A stretch of DNA of 61,783 bases, counting the filler, from Choristocarpus tenellus KU-1152 (lineage: Eukaryota; Protista; Phaeophyceae): assembly GCA_964200185.2 (NCBI GenBank). It is 6 parts of 6 records of this genome, joined end to end, with 100 filler letters (N's around TTAATTAATTAA, not from the genome) between each part and the next. Parts side by side here need not be neighbours in the genome. Positions count along the whole stretch, not along the records: positions 25,581 to 47,818 come from CAXNAD020000294.1; positions 47,919 to 53,499 come from CAXNAD020010354.1; positions 53,600 to 59,054 come from CAXNAD020010724.1; 3 more parts are not named here. One strand, 5' to 3'. Under the pieces are notes generated by a model. The model had not been told where the DNA came from. It was given only the letters and a program-made list of their open reading frames with translations, and made no database searches. Numbering within the stretch: the first letter of the stretch is position 1; each line of letters opens with the position of its first letter. Position numbers and translations under genes: made by a program. Shown piece after piece: positions 40,846 through 53,750 of the stretch.

Positions 40846-41873
40846 TGACATTTTCCAGATAGATGTGTCAGGGAGGAAACCAATGAACATATATGTTAAT
40901 TGTTGAAAGACGATAGGGTCCTTGAGGTTCTACGACACCCCTTTGTTTACACATATTATTGAGCAACATATAGATAGGACGTACAGAGGTGCGTTAAAAT
41001 TGGGAGGGCTTTTCATTGGACTCCGCATTTTTTAGCACGTCATATAGCTGGCCTTGGCCCGTCGGAAGCATGTTCAAAAGGTCAATGATAATAGACTCGA
41101 TCACATCTGAACTTATTTGTACATGGCCGGCCAGGGGCCTAGGTCATGTTGAGTGGTGACGGACATGGAGTCGGCCATGTTCCAACTTGGTCGTATATGG
41201 CGAACTGGTGACGAGGTTTTGATGGCCATGGACTCACCTATGCTAAAATATTTTATCCGTGGAACATTTTTTTTACCCAGCCACGTTTTTTGGTGTGGTA
41301 TTTTGTATACTATGCTATTACTACTTTTGTAAGTACTAAATAGAATATATTATAGTTTTGCAATTTTACTATTTTAGAGACTTTCAAAATTAATATAAAA
41401 AAATAGGTGGGTTCTTTTACTCTCGTAGTTTCAACCTCAACACCTTCACAGTGGAAAGTTTTGGGCGGCTGGGTAAGCAAGCAAAAGGTTTTCTGGGCAG
41501 AGTTGCCTACACACCAGGTAGGGTTGAAAGGGGAGGTTACAACAGGAAAGGAGCTGTGAAATCCTGTTTGCGGCAGTTGTCACTACACAAGTAGCTCTAT
41601 CAAGATGTATCATGCGTTTTAAGCTGGAGACATCAGCAAGATGGGCAACGAGAGACCTTTCAGATTCTTGGGATGCTTCCCTAGCTCCTCACCCTGTGGT
41701 GTAGGGCTAAGCTAAGTTGGAGGCATAGGAGGGGAGTGGTGTGGTATAGCTGGTAGTCAAATAGTAGATAGATTTTGGAGATATCTTTCACATTGACGAC
41801 AACTGTTACTTTACAGGGGTTCTTATGATATTGAATTGGCTTTTTCCCTGACACATCTATCTGGAAAATGTCA
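40846..41873. mobile_element. ~1-kb segment bounded by a perfect 29-bp inverted repeat; probable non-autonomous TIR element
   Basis: tgacattttccagatagatgtgtcaggga (40846-40874) is the exact reverse complement of 41845-41873. Confidence 0.65.
41409..41775 (+). mobile_element. 3' fragment of a CRE/R2-type non-LTR retrotransposon (restriction-like endonuclease end plus 3' UTR)
   Basis: GSFYSRSFNLNTFTVESFGRLGKQAKGFLGRVA...VTTQVALSRCIMRFKL resembles the conserved 'E.FG.LG..A..FL' RLE tail; contains frameshifts. Confidence 0.7.
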
Positions 41874-42522
41874 CAAAGTATAAAAATAATATATATAAAT
41901 TGGCACATTTGTTGTGTGCTTGGTGACTGAGATGATCTGTGCCTTCGAGATGTATTTAGACACTATGCATGCTTATATGCGGGCTGATATTCTCATTTCA
42001 CAAGGATATGTGTATGTTCTTCATGACAGGGAAGATATGAAAGAGTACTATCTTTACTCACATACTCGTGTATAACTTAGCCTTCATACATTTTTTATCA
42101 GGGAGTAGGACAACACATAGTGGACATGATGCGCATAATATCCAAGAAAAATGTTAGACTGCCGACCGAGTCCCCAGACACAGACCGATAAGATTACCTA
42201 CTGGACTTGGTTCGCACATGTTAGAGAATGGTAGTCGCAGTCCAGCCAGTTGACTTGACATGGACTGGTTCATCACCTAGTCAACATGGACGGAACCATT
42301 TTTATTCGTTGGTCCAGTGAAAAACCCTTAAAATTGGTCAGAGGCTGTTAGCGACTTTCTTTCGGTTCCATGTCTTACACAAATTACCTAGTAGTATAGG
42401 GCGTTGAGATCAAATTGGACTTGGGTTGTGAAATTTATTCACACAATTTTTCCAATAATAATTCTGAAGTATCGCCCCACTCATGTATGGGTAGGACTGA
42501 TAAACACAAGGATGTTGCCAAA

Positions 42523-43830
42523 TGTTGTAGAATGATCAATGTCAAGGAGGGAAGCGACCATACAACTTAAAAGCACCGTGGTTAATAGAATCGATTCCTA
42601 TCCATATAACTTCATGCGGAAGAACAACTCTGGGTTTACCGACAAAAAACTGTTGTATTCTGACTGTACATTTTTACTACTACTAATTTCCGACACAGTT
42701 GGAGGAGTCTACTCGAACACCCTCTCTAGCTCAAACAACCTTTGACCCAGTTACTAAACGCAACTAGTGACTGAACTTGCTGAAGAGAGAAATCGAAACA
42801 AACACGAAGAACAAGAAACCCAGCGAAAAACAAACTACTACACACAGCTCTCTAAGTTCAGCAGAGTCCCCGCATGCCTCCAAAATGGTTCCTCTGCAAA
42901 AGGCTTGGTCAGCACATGTGGATACTGTTAATTCGAGTTTAGGTGGATAATAACAAGCTTCCGCAGGTCCTTTGCATGGTTTAAATCAAATCTCTAGGGC
43001 TTGGGATGCCAAGCTGACTTCCATTCTTAACATTACAACTGTGTGGGCTGTACAGCCAAGCCAAAAGCAACACTGTTCCTGTCTACACTAGCCATGAGAT
43101 TTATCACACCACCAACATCTGCACTCCCTTCAACTCTGGCACACGTTTCCTGTCCTAGAACTACCCAACTTAATGCAATGTTCATGGACTGGATGGGGAA
43201 AGAAAGTATTCCAGCTGGGGAGCTGCAGTACAGGTAGTCATTGGGACACCACCTGCCTGGGGCAAGTGTTGCAAACACGAGGATGAGACATATACTAAAC
43301 TCCCTTCACTGTCTCGGGTAGTGTCTCTGGACAGAATCATGTCAACCTGTCCTCCCCCTCCATCACTGGAGGGAGGGTCAACAGACAGATCCTTGACAAT
43401 CTGACCTAAGCCCCCTTCACTACGAGGAGAATCACCAGTCAAACTGTCTCCTTTGTTGTTAAGGGGTGCCCTCTCACCTAGTACAAATCTATCCTCACTT
43501 CTGTCGCTGCAGTAAGATACATCTGGTGGGGATGGGGTGGAGAATCGAGCTGAACTAATAGACTGTACATTTAATGGTACGCTACCTGCCTTCCGGACTG
43601 GAAAGGCTTGTCCTCAATATAAGGATCTACATCGAGCCCTCCCTCCCCCTTTCCCAAAGCAGGGAGAGCCTCTCCCACTGGGGTCAAGATTGCCAGAGAC
43701 ATGGCACTGAGGAGAGTGATAGCCGTGGAGAGATGGCCCAAGAAACTAAAGGCCTGTGAATATCACCTCTATCAGTATTAATAGTAAGAATCAAAGATCA
43801 GGGTGATACATCTTCTACCCAGGAGTGGAG
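42523..43830 (-). mobile_element. Internally deleted Ty1/copia relic: integrase tail, RNase H end, PPT and 3' LTR (~42523-42719)
   Basis: Minus strand QYPHVLTKPFAEEPFWRHAGTLLNL* (42960-42840); PPT agagaggg followed by TGTT at 42719 and ...AACA at 42523; NTDRGDIHRPLVSW is similar to the post-integrase motif. Confidence 0.75.
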
Positions 43831-43849
43831 TGAACGAGGACACAGAGTT

Positions 43850-45950
43850 TGATACCCCCCCATGCACGTACGGTGAGGCGCTTCCCAAGGTAATCGAACA
43901 AGAGCATGATCTGAGGGAATAGTTCTGTAGAGACAATCGCACACTGATTACGAAATACGATGTTCATGCAACTTTCCGTCAAATTGGAACCAATCCATCA
44001 AACGCATAGATATCTGGATATATGTGTGAGGGAACTACCTAGTCATCGACTATGGACTGCTGTCGATGCTGGCAATATTCGCTAGGGTGGTGGGGATTGA
44101 TGGCTTCAACGACAAGACACTAACACTGTAATGCATCCAAAAAATGAGTGGATATTTCTCTGGAGACATACCCAATAGCAGCGAATGTAAGAGTAACCCA
44201 AGCAAGACCCTGGACAGGACATAGCTCCAGAGATACCAACCGATGTGGAAATCAATGCAGTGGTAGGGGAGTCGACCGGATGACTATTTCTCTACGAGTA
44301 CCCAAGTAAGAGGAGCTGCGCCTGTTGGCAATACGTAGCCTCATTTCCAATCACCTAAGACTGTTTGGAGCAAGGGAAGAGCGAGCACCTCCAATTTTGG
44401 CAAAATGTAGTTGACGGGTCAGATCGATAAAGTGTTTATGGTAGGATGGTTAATCAACACACATACCCTCGGAATATCCCTCCCCCCTGAGAAGCTGCAA
44501 GCCAGAGAGCAAGTGTCAGAGTTGTGGTCTCCCAACATACCATGGGAGTAGCAACCACTGGGAGTGAGAGTAGAGCATATTACTTCGGGGGCGTTAGTAT
44601 CATACTTACCAACGGGTCCAATGGACAAGGTACTTGGAGGAACTTAATTCATTCGTTGGAAACCAAGCTCAGCGTGTCGAAAGGAGATCAAGAATGTTAA
44701 GGAACGGTGATCAAAAAGATGAAAGTAGGACAAGAAAGGGGAAGGAGGAGCAGTGGAAATGCTGACTGAACTGATGGACACCAATGCAGGCCTTCTACTA
44801 TACAGCTCCTTAGTGGTGTGCAGTCATGGGGAAGGTGGAGTGAGAGTGTGGACGAGAGAACAAGCCGTTGTAGCACTTTGTATGGGGACTAGAGTCAGGA
44901 GAGTACGCCCTACATTCAGATATAATAGGGAGGGTGACATTGTTAGCTGCAGAAGGGGTGTGGGGGGCTAGTATACAACAGGCAGGGCGCTGTAAATCAG
45001 ACGCTTTCAAAGTGTATATAAGACGTAACATCGAAGAGTCAGAAGGGGTGTCAGGGGTACTAAGTAAGCCGTGAAATACCGACCTATTTCAACCAGGCTA
45101 GGATGCAAAGTAATTAACCTCTGTGTGGGGAAAAGGCCGGCAAACCCGCAATGGAAGAAGCCAACCCTGGATGCAGGTCGGTTCATCCTCTCTAATCGCA
45201 CTTGTGTGACAGGTAGTTACACAGTTGACGGAAACAGGGGTTGGTAGTCGTAGGAGAATTTGAAAAAAGTATTGTTGCCAAATTCATGTAGCACAACAAG
45301 GCTCAAGATCGCGGAAGGAAGTGGAGGAATCTGTGTTTTGTTGAAGCATATGGGAATTCAGGTACGTAGGATATGGGGTGGGGAATTGGATACGGAGCGA
45401 GGAATCGAAGGAGAGCAATTGGAGGTCACTAGTTGTGGTCTGTGAGCGGCCAAGAAGGGCGCAAGGGATAGCTAGGGTCGCAGGAAAGAATGTATAGTTA
45501 TAGCATATATTCCTATTTGAGGGAGAAGGCCGGTAACCTACTACAGGAGAGCTAGCCCTGGGGACAGGTTAGCTCATCGTCTCTAATCCCATTTGATGCG
45601 GCACCTAGGTTTAGAGTTGGTGGAAACAGTGGTTGGTAGTATAATTACGTGATAGTAGTAAAGCCCACAAACCATGATGTTGTTCAGTTCAAATGCCAGT
45701 AAGTAGGTTGTAAACATGGGTTCCTTGGTATGATTGCCTACCAACTTATTCTCTGGCATGTTGTAAGGGAACTCATTACACTGGGATACAATGAGCGCGA
45801 ATAATAGAGGTGGGATAAATGCTAAACTGGCTAACAAACATCGGTCGCTCAGAATGTGAGGTGCGCAGAACATGTCAAGTGTCCCCAAGAAATACTTGTC
45901 TGCTCCATGAATTACATCGATCGGGTGCAGACAGAGGCAAGTACCCTCCA
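43850..45950 (-). mobile_element. Highly decayed coding-like sequence, possibly a LINE relic
   Basis: Strand-biased composition and broken ORFs; only a weak RT-like resemblance (FLGTLDMF..PHIL). No diagnostic motif. Confidence 0.25.
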
Positions 45951-47818
45951 ACCATCCCTTAGATTAGCATCATAGATAAGTTAGTAGATCTGCAGGTTGC
46001 TGTTATGGACTTGAGGGTGTGACAATGACGAAAAACTGACTCTATTTCTGACACACCTACCTATAATTACCTACCTACGCACTCACCAATCTTGTTTGGG
46101 GGCCCTCCACAATTGAGTGTCTAAAAAAGTTATTATAAAAAATACTTAGCGCATGCTGCCATTGAATGGATTGGTGTATTTAAATAATAATGCTGGACTA
46201 CAAATGAATACACGTCTTCTCAGACAAGAAAATAATAAGTTATTTGTAGTTCCGAACAACTGCCTGAACAGCTAGAGGTTGCATATCTTACTGGGATAAG
46301 ACTAGAAATCACATGGTAATATGCCAGTTATAAAAAGTGTCCTAAGTCGTGTTTGACACCCTAGGCTTCGGTCAAAAAAGGATAAAAAAAAACAGGTGTC
46401 CTTTAGTTTGCTAGAAAAACAAATGGAAAAAATGAGGTATGTGGCTCCCTTAATAAGAGCAGAGGCTCCCCAAGCAGGAGTGACTCCTATATGCATGGCA
46501 TTCTGTTCATGCCTTTCTTCTCGTATGAGTCAAAGTAAACGAGAGGTGTTTAAGGAACATGGCAAATACAACGAGTATGTGCTTCTTTTTTTTCAAATAA
46601 ATGCGTGTAGGATACGTTAGTCGAAAACTTTTAAAACAAATAGAGAAATCAACCCTCCTAAGTCAAACTTACTTCTTCATGCGTAGAGATACGAGTGAAT
46701 CATAAAAGATTGAAAAACTGGCTTATAATGCAAAACAACCAAAAATGGTTACCTCTTGTTTACTTTGGGTCTATGCTGGGTTCAGTCATTCCACCATTCG
46801 TCACTCCACCTCCCCTCCCTTAAATAGTGTGCTGAACCCAAGTCGACGTCGTTTTGCGATGAAGTCTACTTCATTTTGGGTTTCCCACGTTTTTGTGGTA
46901 TAGCGAAAGGTAGTATAGTTCAGGCGTACAATTCATATCGTAATGGTCCCAACATATATTTTGGAGAATCCAAACCAAATATCAACTCTAGTATTGCGAA
47001 TCGTATCGATTGAATTGTATCCTGCGATATACTTGAAACCGAAAATTGAAGGGTAATATCGTAACATTACACTGCCAATAATTCGCACTAATGCAATCTG
47101 CTCGCCGAGATCGACGCTTCATGCTCCTCAACTCATGTGTTGTATGCATCCTTCAACTATAATCGAGTGTTCCCCAATTTCCGACCCGTTTATAAACTTA
47201 GAAACTTACACCTCAAAATGCTTTCGATTCGGAACGTTGCATATCGGGCGTCAAGGGGATGAAAACCCGAAACATTAATGCGAGTACATTGTGCATTTAA
47301 CCGCTGAACTACCACTACATACACCCTAAACGTGCCACGTATGATATAAGTAACGCATAATCGACTCTGCTATTCGATACAGACTTTGATCAACTTGGAA
47401 ACAGACCAACTCTTCCCAAAACGTTGAACTGGCAGACTTTGAGTGTAGTAGGGCTAGGTAGCATATACTAGGGGGATAAGATGCGTTCATGATCGCCAGT
47501 TTACTTTGGCCATTCATTACGTTTCACGCAATAGGTTGGCACCAATGCCTTGGTTTCCATCACACCAGTGGCTTCCAGCTCAGAGTAGTTCATGCAATGG
47601 ACACTCCTCCAAAGTGCATCAAACAATCACAACTACATTGTGTACTCCATGGAGGTTGGTCACACAGCAATATACTCTTCTCCCGTGTTTCGTATTACCA
47701 AGTCATTATGCCGACCTCAAGCCCCCCCCCCCATCCCCCACAACTCTGCACACATAGGAAACCCTTCCTGCAGTTCATCATGAATCTCTATACAATTTTT
47801 CCTTTCACACGACACACC

Positions 47819-47918
47819 NNNNNNNNNNNNNNNNNNNNNNNNNNNNNNNNNNNNNNNNNNNNTTAATTAATTAANNNNNNNNNNNNNNNNNNNNNNNNNN
47901 NNNNNNNNNNNNNNNNNN
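47819..47918. other. Artificial contig spacer
   Basis: N44-TTAATTAATTAA-N44, next to a poly-C run. Confidence 0.98.
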
Positions 47919-50900
47919 CCCCCCCCCTCCCCCCCCCCCCCCCCCCCTCCTCCTCCCTCTCCCCCCCCCCCCCCCCCCCCCCCCTGTTCCTTGTGCCATA
48001 AAGGGTGTTACTACAGTTAGTGGTTCTTTGCGTTCAATAATTTTCTTCGCCTTCCTGTAAGTTACCTCAGACTCCTGTTGCAACTGCACACAAGCACTGG
48101 GATTCTGATGGCATGTGGGTGCAGTAGGTAAATTTAGGTTAAGAAATTGTTTGTTACCTTTCTTGTTATTATTGCTACATGGTGAGTGCCTCTTGTTGTT
48201 GTACTTTCATTTTTTTTCCCTCACCTGGTGATATATCTTCCACCCTGTTAGTTATGGGTTATGCCATTTTATAATGAAATTATAATTGTACATTTTAAGA
48301 TCTCATTATTACTATGAAGCTGAGTGGAACCTTTTTAATTACGTAGGGGACGCTTTCTTGGGGTGGGGTGGACCACTGTCGCTTTTTTCTTGTCTCTTTT
48401 TGTGCGCTTTCTAGAAAATCACACATAGCAATAAATTATAGGGATTCCCAAACGAAATTTACTGCGTGGGTAATTTGGGATGTAGTTGACTGGATAGTGT
48501 CATTGTTGCACCCTTAGTCCCACAACAATGAACTGTGTGATGTCTTCACTTTTCCATTATATTTCTGTTATGATCATTTTGAAGAAAAACATTTTTTTCC
48601 TCAACCCCTTGAAATAACTGCCTAGAGAGATGGAAAGAAAGGATGGGGTGGTATGACAAACACTCCCATAGGTAGAAGGGAAGGGATGATTGCAACAGAT
48701 ACCTCCTGCGCTTTGTGTCTAGCGATACCTACTGTTACAATTAAATAATATCATTATTGTCGTAGCAAGACTACCAAGCACACAGCACCAAGGAGCAGTG
48801 TCTAGGAACAAGTGACAGAATCTCAATAACTTTGAGTAACTAATCCTCTTCTTTTCTTTCTTGATGTACCATGGTCCTGCTGACTGAGTGAGCACTACAA
48901 TTAATATGACGGATAGCATCATCACTATCAATAGTACCAATAGATCCAATAGCAAAGAATAAATTATGCATGTCATGCCATGTCGTTCTTTTCACGCACC
49001 ATTTGTTGTTGCTAGTGGTGTCATTTTAGTTGACGTTACACCCTCCCCTATATGAACAAGCAAAATAACTGAAAAAAGGTAAGTCTGCATCTGTTGTTGG
49101 ACTGATCGCACCACCCAGCCCAACAGAACAAAGAGGAGCAAATCAAATTGTCAATTCAAATCGTCAAAGATACATTGTGTGACTGAGGAAACAAAAACGA
49201 ACCTAAACCATCTGTTCTCTGTGAGTTTAACCTCTAGAGTCTTTCATTGACTGGAGCAGCAAAACAAGCAAACTACTACTACTGCTGTAACACCAACTGC
49301 TGGTGGTGCGGTGGGGTATTTTGTCAGCTTAAATCAAAGAAATCAAAATGAATCCTTGTCAAGGATTGACTCATTTCGAGTCTGGGAAGAGCAAGCCATC
49401 ATGATTGGCAGCCTTGTTCACAGAGCACTGTTTCATAAATTGAATTTTTAAATTATTAAAATATAATTATTGCAGTAGTGGCACACAAGTCACACTCTTG
49501 AGTGTGGAAGATGGAAGGAAACAATGATCCCCTACTGTCATCACTTGTCCTGTCCCTGCTTGGAGTAGGTTGGTCATAATAACAACTAAGAGTAGAACAA
49601 CTCCTCTTCTTTGACATCAGCCCAGAACAGGCATCCAGCAAGCATCTCAGAGCACCAGATCAACGGGTGTGCTCCCTCTTCGTGAATGTATATATCAGCT
49701 AATACCTTGTGCCCTGGACCTTCCTGGCACAGACTGTAATCTATAGACAGCACAATAAAATCAACAGGGAGTCATCACCGACTCAACAAAATGTGTGCTC
49801 TGGATTCAATACGTTTTGTCAGTTTTGGACACACTTGTAAAAAGCCTTCAGAAGGACCAGCACAAAAATAAAAATATACAACAAAAACTACTAATGTGAA
49901 GTTAAAATTTGCATTAATGCATGAAAAGGTGTAATAAAGAAAACCTAACCTAACCACTAAAAACATTTGTCCATCAGAAGATCTACGACTGCACCACTGT
50001 GCCCATGCATCAATATACGTATCTTGACTGTGCACTCCATCCAGTCTAGAATACAATGCCAGTATACCCGCACCTACATACATACATGTGCATAAGAATA
50101 TCTAGTGTATCACAACCCTCATGCACTATATGCGATATTGTCGAGGACTGGCTGGTGGTCCCCTTGGAGTGGCCACCTCAGAACAAGGAGAGAACAATAC
50201 CATGATGTCAGCACACCAACAGGCATCACCTGGAAGGGCTAGCAAATATCCTCAAGCAGAAATAAGTTGTCAGCATTAAGTTAGAAAATATGAGGCTATG
50301 GCTTGTGTCCAAGGAAGATTCCACTAGGTCAAGTGTGATGGCAGTTCACCACACTCGCTTGTAACTTCAGACACAACATTAACAAAAAAAAAATGGAACC
50401 TCAAATATACACTGAACGTGTAATTCCAATGCACAAAACACAGACACACACAGACACAGACACAGACACAAACACCAGCCCAAAGACAGATAAAAGGATC
50501 AGATACCCCCCAAAGGTTTTCGCATCGTCCACCACAAGCAAGGTTGCATACTGATATCAGAACAGATAGTTGAATTTTGATGCTCTAATCTGAACACGAA
50601 GAGCACAAGTAGTTGTTTTTTTTAACATGGTGTATTTAAAATCCAAACTCTCACAATGACGTTGTCATTGTGAGAAAACACTTCGGAGGGGGAGGGGGTG
50701 GGCCATGGAGGAGGTATGGGGGGCTTACAAAGCTCAGTACAGCTTCTTTTGTAGACTCCTAATAGTCCTGAATTGACTTTGTTGATGGTGTGATGTATGG
50801 ATCAAGTAGTGGACTTACATGACAGGGCAAGGGGGTGGGCAGGGATGCACAAGCTGCCAAGAGAGCAGCCACTAATTTCAACAAAACAAGTCTTTTCAGA

Positions 50901-51627
50901 GCACCAACATGTGTTACTCCTTTCAAGCACCATCAAAACTTCTCAGACAGTGTGATATATATAGGGATTTACTAGTCTTCATCCATTGATCAAACCATAC
51001 TGCTGCCAGTCTCTTGCTATCAAATAGGATTTCACTGCAGAACTCCCCCCCCCCCAATGTCTCATGCAAGTCTCCTCAAAGATCCCCAACAAGGGGTGAT
51101 TGCAATGCAGATAATATTGCATCTAACTCTACTGGTGAACGAGACATCAATTCTTGCCTTCAAAAGCATTTCGCAGCACAATAGAAACCACACCAATACA
51201 CATCTTTTTCCCTTCATCTGTGTGCTGTATGAAACGGTGCAACTTGAGGGTTGGGTTGGTCCCCCTGACAAATCCCACCAAAAAAACCCCTCCAACTTTT
51301 TTTTTTTCTGGTCAAAATAAAAATAAAAACGTAATATTTATACTCTTTCAAAATAACCATCTTGTGACCAGTATTCATACCATTACCCACCACAGCCTGA
51401 ATTAACCCACCACTTATCCAACCTCACATACAGCACTCACAGACTGGTTTGTGCCTCAAACCCCCATATCCTAACCTCATACACCTCCTATTCATCTCTT
51501 AAGATACCTCAACATTAACAAGACATGAACCTATCCTTGGGGCACTATGAATCGGTTTCATTTCCTTTTTTGGGGGGTGGGTGGGGGTGGGGATGGGGAG
51601 GGGACTAATCTACACTAAGGGAAGTGA

Positions 51628-53220
51628 TCACATCCCCTGATAAACCTCATCAAGATCTTGATCATTCTCTTCCTCTTTCTCTTCTTCTAGTCCCATCCCT
51701 CCGTCATGAGGGTCATGACCTTCATACACCTCAAACCCTTCGAAGCCTCCCCCTTCTTTCCCTAACACTCCTCCTGTAGGATGCACCTCATTAACACCAT
51801 CATGAAGCACCTCATTTGCTGAATAATGAAAAAAAAATCAATAAAAAAAAATGGCAGAGGTGTTTACACCAACAAGGTAATGTGCAATATGTAGGGATGA
51901 TCCCAGAGCAATGGGGAGGGGGTGGGTGGAAAAACAGCAGGGAGCAAGAGAGGAGTTAACCAAGAGGAAGTCAGATGGGTGACTATTGCATCACTGGGAC
52001 TACACAGTACGCTGCTGTTTTTCATCATTTCCTGCTTTGCCAGGGTCCAGCGGATTCAATAGCAATGATTGCACTCTGACACACAGTATGGGTAATGCAA
52101 TGTGTAATGCATGACGTTTGCAACAACAACATTAATAATAATAATAACAATAAAAAATAATAATAATAACGCCCGATAAAAAATACAAGATTCTCTTCCT
52201 TTGTTGTTTTTTGACAAAGTAGAGTTGTTAGCACTCTTCTTTTCATCCTCCCTAAAACACCTTCAGACACACCCTGGACAGACACATTAAGACATTAAGA
52301 CATTAAGCTAAAAAATACAAGTAACACCCGCAACAGGAGAATGGGGAAGGGAGGAATAGGTAGGAAGGAGGAGAGAGACAGAACAACAAAATCAGTGTCT
52401 TCGACAACAGAGTGCACCAACCAACCTCTCGATATGATATAGTCACTCACAAAAGTTAAAATGATCTAATCCCATGTTAATCCATATGATGATATGTATA
52501 AGCAATAATAATGATAGAGGTGAATGTTCCATCTTATCAAACCAAATCAATGAATAATGTGACATGTGAAATGGATTAGATAAGGACAAACCCCTTCTGT
52601 TCGCACACATCTGCAGACATCACAATTTCATGATATCAATGAATCAGCACAACTGTAGCAATATTGGTAAGGCGAAGTACACAATATACAATATACAATA
52701 CACAATTTCCAATACACAATGCACAATTTCCAATTTCCAATATACAATTTCCAATATACAATACACAATATCTCTGTTACAACTGAGACCACAGAGAATA
52801 ACTCCCAACACAATGTAATCAATCAGGCCATCAAATGTAAGAAGTCTATCCTCCCCCTACACATGCCAGGGACAAAAAACTTCAAAAGATAGCATCCCCA
52901 CCCAGTCCTCACATTCCCCCTCCAGGTAGTCCTCATCTTGCCCGTATTGGTCACCATCCAGTTCCCCCCCCCTTTCTCCTTGCCCTCCCTCCTCCCCTTT
53001 GTTTGTCCCCTCATCATCAGGGCTTCTTTCATCCTCACCACCAAGATCAGCACCATGCTCAGGTGCGGTGATAAATGGGGGGGCAGGGGAGGTGGTGGGG
53101 GCAACAACTGGAACAGGAGATGGGGTTGATGCTGGTGTTGGGAAATGTTCAGTGTACCAAGAGAGGTGGACGGGCATGCCTGCAAAATATTTCCCCACAG
53201 ACATGAATGTCTCTGCAGAC
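51628..53220 (-). CDS. Last two exons (53220-52913, 51818-51628) of an unidentified protein with a Pro-rich then acidic tail
   Basis: ttattcag|G TCT GCA GAG..., donor T|gtgagg, acceptor ttattcag|CA; phases match. SAETFMSVGKYFAGMPVHLSWYTEHF...GEDERSPDDEG...EEEKEEENDQDLDEVYQGM*. Confidence 0.6.
52681..52770 (+). repeat. 7-bp tandem minisatellite (caatata/caataca/caatttc)
   Basis: About 12 units visible. Confidence 0.9.
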
Positions 53221-53499
53221 CTGAATAAACACATAATTGATGGGAGGGTGTGTGTTGAGTTAAAGCTGAAGTTGAAGTTGAGGAACGGTGGGCTATTGAG
53301 GAAAGGAAAGGTAAGGTACAGCATGGGATTAGGAAGGGCTAAGGTTAGGGATACAAAATACACAGTAACCCCTCCCCCCCAGTAATGTTCAGTTCAAAAA
53401 TTGAAACCAACCTACCAAGACCTTTTTGGGGAACAGTGTAAGTGAGAAAACACATACACAAATTAGTCACCAGCATCATCTACACAATCAAAATCAATC

Positions 53500-53599
53500 N
53501 NNNNNNNNNNNNNNNNNNNNNNNNNNNNNNNNNNNNNNNNNNNTTAATTAATTAANNNNNNNNNNNNNNNNNNNNNNNNNNNNNNNNNNNNNNNNNNNN
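53500..53599. other. Artificial contig spacer
   Basis: N44-TTAATTAATTAA-N44. Confidence 0.98.
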
Positions 53600-53750
53600 C
53601 CAACCTTGGGTGTGCCGCACACTTGCTTGGTGTTTTGACTCCATAAGAGCTACTGATACAGAAACAAGTGAAAGAGGAATCCCACCATTTTGTGTCGATA
53701 TATTCAGTTGACAAGCACCGTTCCATTATGGTGAGTTTTTTTTTTTTCAC

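Noticed and set aside
42775-42805. Hammerhead-like core CTGAAGA-ga-gaaa-tc-GAAAC
   Set aside because: No complementary stems I/III or NUH cleavage triplet could be formed; it lies in the copia 3' region.
49580-50230. Possible minus-strand exons after ctatag| and cttccag| acceptors
   Set aside because: No consistent frame or recognisable protein; more likely 3' UTR or intergenic DNA.
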